NCBI GenBank assembly: GCA_964480435.1
Contig: CAYZSS010000001.1
Span: forward strand, 1-32,000
Direction: 5' to 3'
Length of the DNA: 32,000 bases
DNA from: an uncultured archaeon
GTDB lineage: Archaea > Iainarchaeota > Iainarchaeia > Iainarchaeales > 0-14-0-20-30-16
Of this stretch, positions 27,128 to 32,000 are shown piece by piece (position 1 is the stretch's first letter; every line of letters starts with the position of its first letter). The position numbers were made by a program, and so were the translations under genes. A model generated the notes under the pieces. That model did not search any database, was not told where the DNA came from, and worked only from the letters and a program-made list of their open reading frames with translations.

Positions 27128-28203
27128 ATTAACCCACCAACTAATAACAATAAAACATAACTTAAAAACAAAGCAGGAGTTAAAGGGACACTTTGTTTAA
27201 CATAAATCTCATTTGGAATTATTTTTTCCTTATGCAATTTCTTAAGCAAAGTAATATCTTCAGGATATAATCCACCCGGCCTTGCAAGAATTACATAATC
27301 GTAATTTTTGTCCTTCATTAAATCTAACTTCGATTGCAATATATCTTTATTTTTGAAATATTTAAAGATATCTTTTATTTTTGGCTTGTAAACTTGCTTG
27401 TTATCTTTAATATAAATCGATTCATAAAGTATTTCTCCCTCTATCAGACCCGATATCTTTTTTGCATTGGCAAAACCCCTTGATCTAACAAAACTAAACA
27501 ATTTGACAAAAGAAAAGAAAATAACAGAAATTAGAACATAAACAATAGCAGTAAAGATGTTTAGAGGATTAAGATACAAGGTAATTGCAAAAACTATTAG
27601 AGATATTGGCAACAAAATCTTCCAAGTTATTTTAAAAAGCAAAAAAGATAATAATGCGAATATTGTTGGAATCCCCAATAAACCAAATATAAAATATAAA
27701 CCCACCAAAGTTATTGCAACAAAAAAGTAGCTTGGTAGCTTTTTTACTAACTCCTGAAAAATTATTTTATAGTACTGATTAGCAATAATTCGTTTTATTG
27801 CTAAAAAGAAACCAAGTGGAAAAATAATAAATACTGATAGAATGAAGAAAGCCAGAATAAAATAGTAATTTATTCCTGATGAAAAAAATACTGAAAAATC
27901 TTGGAGAGGTATAGAAAAAGCCACCCCTGAAATTATTTTTGCATCCCCTCCTGCAAAAACAGAAAAATACCATAAGAGGTAACAAACAAAAAAAGTGCCA
28001 AATCCAATAATAAAAGGCCAGAATAAAAATTTGCCAACATAAATGCTTTTTGCTATCCAAAATAATATTCCAAACCCCATTAATCCAAAAGAAAGATAAT
28101 TAGATATCTCCCTAGTCTTTAGATCAGTGTATGCCCCTATTGCCAGGGCAACAAAAACAACCACATAGTTAAGATAAGAAAAAATAAACTCTAAAAAATA
28201 CAT
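27124..28203 (-). CDS. A24-family prepilin/preflagellin peptidase (EppA/PibD/FlaK-like)
   Basis: Polytopic membrane protein with both catalytic Asp motifs: AYTDLKTREISN (first Asp) and FAGGDAKIISG (GxGD-type second Asp). It is embedded among genes with class III signal peptides. Confidence 0.8.
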   Translation of the reverse strand: MYFLEFIFSYLNYVVVFVALAIGAYTDLKTREISNYLSFGLMGFGILFWIAKSIYVGKFLFWPFIIGFGTFFVCYLLWYFSVFAGGDAKIISGVAFSIPLQDFSVFFSSGINYYFILAFFILSVFIIFPLGFFLAIKRIIANQYYKIIFQELVKKLPSYFFVAITLVGLYFIFGLLGIPTIFALLSFLLFKITWKILLPISLIVFAITLYLNPLNIFTAIVYVLISVIFFSFVKLFSFVRSRGFANAKKISGLIEGEILYESIYIKDNKQVYKPKIKDIFKYFKNKDILQSKLDLMKDKNYDYVILARPGGLYPEDITLLKKLHKEKIIPNEIYVKQSVPLTPALFLSYVLLLLVGGLI

Positions 28204-28233
28204 AATATAAAAAAAGGAGGAGAGAATAAAAAA

Positions 28234-28425
28234 CTATTCGAAAGTCTTCTTAAAAAACTCAAGTTTATAATTTTCTATCCTTGTTTGGGCAACTTGCCCA
28301 ATTTTTCTTAATTGCATCACAAAAAGAGTAACAGCAATAACAAGCAAAACAGAGAAAACGATAGTGAGAAGGTACTCAAATGAGATTTGCCCTCTTTTAT
28401 CTTTTACTGCTTTACTTACTAACAT
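28234..28425 (-). CDS. Flp-sized type IV pilin (class III signal peptide)
   Basis: 63 aa. Leader MLVSKAVKDKRG followed by QISFEYLLTIVFSVLLVIAVTLFV. The mature protein is about 51 aa. Confidence 0.75.
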   Translation of the reverse strand: MLVSKAVKDKRGQISFEYLLTIVFSVLLVIAVTLFVMQLRKIGQVAQTRIENYKLEFFKKTFE

Positions 28426-28435
28426 AAGATCACTT

Positions 28436-28711
28436 TTATTCTACAACACTGCCATCTAGATTAAAGTCTTTTGTTGCTTTATTTATTTGGTCATCATATA
28501 CTTGCTGAGTATCGTTAATATCATCTTTTGCTGCTGAAGATGTTTTTATTAATACCCCTATTACAACTGCGGCAATAAGAATTGCTGCACCAATGATTAA
28601 AAGATATTCAAGGGCACCTTGTCCTTTTTTTTCTTTTAAAAAAATGGACCCTGTTGGGGTTTTGTTTGAAAACCCACAACTTGGTGCCTTAGTTTCTTTT
28701 AAGAAAGACAT
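28436..28711 (-). CDS. Flp-sized type IV pilin with unusually long (30-aa) leader
   Basis: ...IFLKEKKG followed by QGALEYLLIIGAAILIAAVVIGVL. The mature part is about 61 aa and is a paralogue of the adjacent pilin. The start is uncertain (see findings). Confidence 0.7.
   Translation of the reverse strand: MSFLKETKAPSCGFSNKTPTGSIFLKEKKGQGALEYLLIIGAAILIAAVVIGVLIKTSSAAKDDINDTQQVYDDQINKATKDFNLDGSVVE
28653..28680 (-). other. strong RNA hairpin inside the pilin leader region, followed by U7
   Basis: Minus-strand sequence GTTGTGGGTTTT-CAAAC-AAAACCCCAAC forms 11 bp with one bulge. An 8-nt spacer and TTTTTTT (28638-28644) follow. It may be an attenuator or processing element. Confidence 0.35.
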
Positions 28712-28717
28712 ATCTTA

Positions 28718-28915
28718 TCACTCTGCTATAACGTGATTTAAGTCATCTAGTTGATTTGATGCTGTATTCATGGATTCGTTTACATCAGTCTTTGCTGACC
28801 TTGCTGAGCTTATTAGAACTGCAATTACAATTGCTGCAATTAGTACTGCTGCTCCTATAATCAAAATATACTCTAAAGCACCCTGTGCTTTCTTATCTTT
28901 CACAAATTTGAACAT
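28718..28915 (-). CDS. Flp-sized type IV pilin (class III signal peptide)
   Basis: MFKFVKDKKA followed by QGALEYILIIGAAVLIAAIVIAVL. The ATG at 28915 has SD GGAGGT 7 nt upstream. The ORF track start at 28939 would overlap the upstream pilin. The mature protein is about 55 aa. Confidence 0.8.
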   Translation of the reverse strand: MFKFVKDKKAQGALEYILIIGAAVLIAAIVIAVLISSARSAKTDVNESMNTASNQLDDLNHVIAE

Positions 28916-28916
28916 C

Positions 28917-29093
28917 TTAATTACCTCCAACCTGTTCACTTACTTGATCTATTAAATCTGCGCCTTGTTGCTGTGGTTTAGCAAGGCTTCTTTTTAAATA
29001 TACTCCTACTAGCGTTGCAATAACAATAACTATGACTACTCCAATAAGGAGTTCTATGCTTGCTTGTCCTTTTTTCTCTTTTATGAAGGTCAT
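28917..29093 (-). CDS. Flp-sized type IV pilin (class III signal peptide), first gene of pilin operon
   Basis: MTFIKEKKG followed by QASIELLIGVVIVIVIATLVGVYL. 58 aa in total, about 49 aa mature. AGGGTG lies upstream of the ATG at 29093. The 161-aa ORF-track version (to 29402) is an antisense read-through of the neighbouring gene. Confidence 0.8.
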   Translation of the reverse strand: MTFIKEKKGQASIELLIGVVIVIVIATLVGVYLKRSLAKPQQQGADLIDQVSEQVGGN

Positions 29094-29181
29094 TACAACA
29101 CCCTTTATGATATATACATTATACTTATTTTTATACGTTTCTATCTTGAATATAATAATAAATACTGGTTTGGGTGACATT

Positions 29182-29997
29182 TTGGGTGCAAAACTTCTTG
29201 ATCTCATTAAACGAAATAGAACTACACAAATCACATTGAGATTGCCTGATTTTAGAGTTAAATCAGTGAGAAAAGGGAAAGGACTTGATATTAAAATAGA
29301 GAAAATATTTGGAAGAATACACGAAATTAACTTAGAAAAAGCCAATTTGACTAGTTTTTCAGAAGTACTTACAAAAATCCTTGATAGAATTGAGACAAAC
29401 ATTCAACATGTAAATAACTTAGAGCAAGTTGCCAGAGTATTAGCAGATGTTTTCGTAAAGCTAGAGCCGCTAGAAACAAAAGGGCTAGAAGCGCGAAGAA
29501 GAATCTTTAACTTCCTTATTGTTGCCGGGTTTTCTAAAGAAAGAAAAGACGAATTTTCCAGAAAATTTGTGAAATTAAACTGGGTTAGCGGATTAGCCTC
29601 AGAGCAGAATGAAAAGCTTGCTGCCCCTGAGCTAATTATGGTGGCTTTATCAAGAGAAACTAGTGACATAAAAATCGACCAAAAAATATTTAGTGCAGGA
29701 GTTAAAAATTTACCAGAAGTGGCCAGAAAATGGGCAAAAGACGTAAACTCAATAACTAATTTGGGGGCGGTAGTGGCAGGAGCAATTAGATTTTACAAAT
29801 CCGAAATCAGTAAAGATAAGATAGAAAATAGAGCTGCTGTTGCGGGAATATATAATTTTTTATTTGCTGTTGCTGGTTCTTCAGAAGATGACGCAATAAG
29901 GCAAACAGCAAGGTCTTTTTTGAAGAAAAACTGGCTGCCAAAATTAGTTGATCCAGATATTTTCAGAAAACATATTGGGAAAATAGCACAAGGTTAA
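29182..29997 (+). CDS. hypothetical protein with internal duplication of a ~60-aa module
   Basis: Long clean ORF. I chose the TTG at 29182 because GGGTGA lies 4 nt upstream. The alternatives are the ATG at 29107 or the TTG at 29170. Residues NLEQVARV...IFNFLIVAGFS...FVKLNWVSGL repeat as NLGAVVAG...IYNFLFAVAGSS...FLKKNWLPKL. Confidence 0.5.
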   Translation: MGAKLLDLIKRNRTTQITLRLPDFRVKSVRKGKGLDIKIEKIFGRIHEINLEKANLTSFSEVLTKILDRIETNIQHVNNLEQVARVLADVFVKLEPLETKGLEARRRIFNFLIVAGFSKERKDEFSRKFVKLNWVSGLASEQNEKLAAPELIMVALSRETSDIKIDQKIFSAGVKNLPEVARKWAKDVNSITNLGAVVAGAIRFYKSEISKDKIENRAAVAGIYNFLFAVAGSSEDDAIRQTARSFLKKNWLPKLVDPDIFRKHIGKIAQG

Positions 29998-30005
29998 AAA
30001 CAATA

Positions 30006-30021
30006 AGATATTTAAATATCT
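30006..30021. promoter_or_regulatory. perfect 16-bp palindrome AGATATTTAAATATCT (terminator hairpin or operator)
   Basis: It lies 9 nt after the stop at 29997, is followed by GTTTTTATT, and sits 45 nt upstream of the next ATG (30066). Confidence 0.3.
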
Positions 30022-30065
30022 GTTTTTATTCTTATATAGTTATTTATATTTATGGAGGCTTAAAA

Positions 30066-30335
30066 ATGGACTTAGATTTTGGTAAGGTAGTTGGCGTTGA
30101 AAAAGTAAGTAGAGAAATAGTTGCCTATAACATTGTAAAATTATATTTCGAGCAAATTGCTAGATTAGGGTACAAGAGAAAACTTGATTTAGATGCTATA
30201 ATTACAGCATATTTCTACGTTCTAGGAAAACTTGAAGCCAAGCATATAGAGACAGAAATAAATAAACAACCAGCTTTTGTAGAAGAAACTGCAAAAGAAA
30301 TGGAAAAAGAGTATGAAAGAGAAAGAGTAAATTAA
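30066..30335 (+). CDS. hypothetical 89-aa protein
   Basis: The ATG has SD GGAGG 7 nt upstream. The sequence is predicted helical with a charged C-terminus. I recognise no family. Confidence 0.5.
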   Translation: MDLDFGKVVGVEKVSREIVAYNIVKLYFEQIARLGYKRKLDLDAIITAYFYVLGKLEAKHIETEINKQPAFVEETAKEMEKEYERERVN

Positions 30336-30405
30336 ATGCCCAAAAAGCATCTTATTTTATTACAGAAGATTTAGGGGCATTTAAATCAAAAAAAGAGTGG
30401 TTTAG

Positions 30406-31728
30406 ATGTTCTTAGATAAGTATGAGCCAAATAGTTTTGATAATTTTGTAGGGAACAGAGGGGCTAAAGAAGAAATGGCTTCTTGGGCAAATAATTTTGA
30501 CAATGAAAAAAAGCCCCTGCTAATTGTTGGTCCAACTGGAACAGGAAAGAGTACCGCAGCAAGAATATTAGCAAACGTAAATAATTGGCAAACCAATGAA
30601 ATAAGTGCTGATGAACAAAGAGATAAAGAATCACTAGAAAGACGGATGGAGCTTTTTGTTCAATCAATTTCTTTTTTTAATAAACGAAACTTATTCATAT
30701 TTGAAGACCTTGATTTTTTATCTTCAAAAGACAAGGGAGCAATCACAAAAATTTCAGAAATAGTAAAGATTGCAAAAAATCCGATAATATTTACTGCCAC
30801 AGATATTTATTCAAATCAAAAAATTAAAGAAATATCTGCCCAATGCAGAGTAGTAAATTTTAAAAGATTAACCTATTTAGAGATATCAAAAAAATTGATG
30901 CAAATTGCCCAAGAAGAAGATATTTATTCAAATAAAGAAGCATTAGATATAATTGCAAAAAATGCAAAGGGCGACCTAAGAGCAGCAATATTAGATTTAG
31001 AAGCATTGGCTGATATAGGAGTTACAGAAAAAACCTTGTCTACCCTTGGAGAAAGAGAGAGAGAGGACAGCATTTTTACAACGCTTATGAATATACAGAT
31101 GTCAAAAAACCTTTCTGAAGCAAAGAAAATACAGGACTCCTGCAATATTGACTATGACATGCAATTTGCATGGGTGAATGAAAATGTTTCTGCAATTTAT
31201 AATCAGCCTGAATTAACAAAAGCCTATGATTTAATCTCATATGCTGATTTAATGAGAAACAACATTTACAAAAGACAAAACTGGGTTTTTTTAAAATATT
31301 ACTTAATGACTGGAATTGTTCTTCCACTTATGCTTCCAAATAAAAAATTTGTAAAATATTCTTTCCCAACTTTTATTTCAAAAATGTCAAAAGAGAAAAG
31401 TACTTTTGCCAAAAACAAGGTACTTGCTAAACTTGTTCAAAAAATTGTAAGAGGCGGATCAAAAAAGATTGTTTCTGAGATATATTTTTACAACAACTAT
31501 TTTGAGACTGCGCCAGAAGGAGTAATAGAATCAAGCTATACTACAGCAGAAATAGAACAAATCGAAAAGCTTTTAAAAATAAAAATTAAAAGAATGAAAA
31601 AAGAAATACCTTTGGGCGATGAGAACAAGACAACAACAAAAAATAAACCAGAACCCAAAGAAAAAGAATTAACCACTACAAAGATCAAAGAACCTAAAAA
31701 CAAAATAAAACAAACCACTTTATTTTAA
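30406..31728 (+). CDS. rfcL: replication factor C large subunit
   Basis: N-terminal FLDKYEPNSFDNFVGN (RFC box II-like), Walker A VGPTGTGKST, Walker B-like LFIFEDLD, CRVVNFKRL (SRC-like). The lysine-rich C-terminal tail ends in KQTTLF. Confidence 0.8.
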   Translation: MFLDKYEPNSFDNFVGNRGAKEEMASWANNFDNEKKPLLIVGPTGTGKSTAARILANVNNWQTNEISADEQRDKESLERRMELFVQSISFFNKRNLFIFEDLDFLSSKDKGAITKISEIVKIAKNPIIFTATDIYSNQKIKEISAQCRVVNFKRLTYLEISKKLMQIAQEEDIYSNKEALDIIAKNAKGDLRAAILDLEALADIGVTEKTLSTLGEREREDSIFTTLMNIQMSKNLSEAKKIQDSCNIDYDMQFAWVNENVSAIYNQPELTKAYDLISYADLMRNNIYKRQNWVFLKYYLMTGIVLPLMLPNKKFVKYSFPTFISKMSKEKSTFAKNKVLAKLVQKIVRGGSKKIVSEIYFYNNYFETAPEGVIESSYTTAEIEQIEKLLKIKIKRMKKEIPLGDENKTTTKNKPEPKEKELTTTKIKEPKNKIKQTTLF

Positions 31729-31743
31729 TAAAAAGTCTCTTTT

Positions 31744-32000
31744 TTATTTTTGCCCTTCTTTTTCAGAAATTTGAGAGTCAACATCTGTTATAACATAATC
31801 ACAAACATCTGTGCCGTCAGGTGGCGGAGAAGTAGCCAGATTTGAATTAATTATTTTTTTAAAAGTAAACGCAGAATAATAGGAAAAATCAAGATCTCCT
31901 TTTTTGTAATTATTATTTATATCCAAAACAACACTTACTGTTTTCACAGGGTCTATTGCTAATGTTATGTTGTTTATTTTTACATCACATAAAAAAGAAG
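31744..32000 (-). CDS. hypothetical protein, 3' part only (open to window edge)
   Basis: The reading frame has no stop between 31947 and the window end, so the GTG at 31947 in the ORF track is probably internal. The C-terminal sequence is ...TSPPPDGTDVCDYVITDVDSQISEKEGQK. I recognise no family. Confidence 0.35.
   Translation of the reverse strand, partial: SFLCDVKINNITLAIDPVKTVSVVLDINNNYKKGDLDFSYYSAFTFKKIINSNLATSPPPDGTDVCDYVITDVDSQISEKEGQK

Noticed and set aside
29032-29402. Mutually antisense long ORF versions: the 161-aa minus ORF 28917-29402 and the N-terminal extension of the 321-aa plus ORF from 29032
   Set aside because: Only the last 58 aa of the minus ORF form a pilin (MTFIKEKKG/Q...) with its own ATG and SD. 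The rest is antisense to the plus-strand gene. Likewise, the first residues of the plus ORF are antisense to the pilin. I trimmed both.
30336-30379. Imperfect nested inverted repeat ATGCCC...ATCTT...AAGAT...GGGCAT between the 89-aa ORF and rfcL
   Set aside because: The stems are short (6 and 5 bp) with large internal loops, and no flanking T-tract follows. That is too weak to call a terminator or riboregulator without conservation data.
1-32000. Search for CRISPR arrays, transposases/integrases, IS inverted repeats, prophage genes, rRNA, introns or inteins
   Set aside because: I saw no regularly spaced direct repeats with unique spacers, no DDE or tyrosine/serine recombinase motifs, and no intein blocks in lig, rfc, cdc48 or the ATPase. 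The only tandem repeat is the coding KKxV array.

Overview
Strongly AT-rich, densely packed archaeal chromosome segment. The markers are proteasome beta subunit, KH/beta-CASP aCPSF1, ATP-dependent DNA ligase, RFC small and large subunits, CDC48, and class III (prepilin-type) signal peptides. Compact gene spacing, frequent GGTGA/GAGGTG Shine-Dalgarno motifs and many orphan genes suggest a small-genome, possibly DPANN-type archaeon; this is inference only. Content from left to right: tRNA-Val(UAC), SDR, fused double Lrp/AsnC regulator, and a trx-trxB-wHTH-SGNH operon. Next come trkH-trkA and three orphan genes, one of them PIN-like. A long minus-strand run follows: aCPSF1, psmB, a diverged RtcA-like protein, DNA ligase, lipoprotein, M50 protease, coiled-coil protein, a three-domain ThyA fusion, and a pilus assembly module (two single-domain TadB/TadC-like proteins plus a secretion ATPase). 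After that come a DUF4870-like protein, a 58-aa lysine-repeat protein absent from the ORF track, a 417-bp T-tract-rich intergenic region, rfcS, cdc48, a pilin operon (four Flp-sized pilins, a prepilin peptidase, two larger pilin-like proteins), two orphan genes and rfcL. I found no CRISPR array, transposase, integrase, rRNA or recognisable defence island. I cannot point to a clearly new multi-gene system. The most distinctive content is the split Epd/Tad-like pilus locus with its tandem mini-pilins, the unlisted K-rich mini-protein beside the T-tract-rich DNA, the MtrA-like/ThyA/DUF4346-like fusion, and an RtcA-fold protein that seems to have lost its catalytic histidine. All homology calls come from motif recognition by eye, not from database searches.
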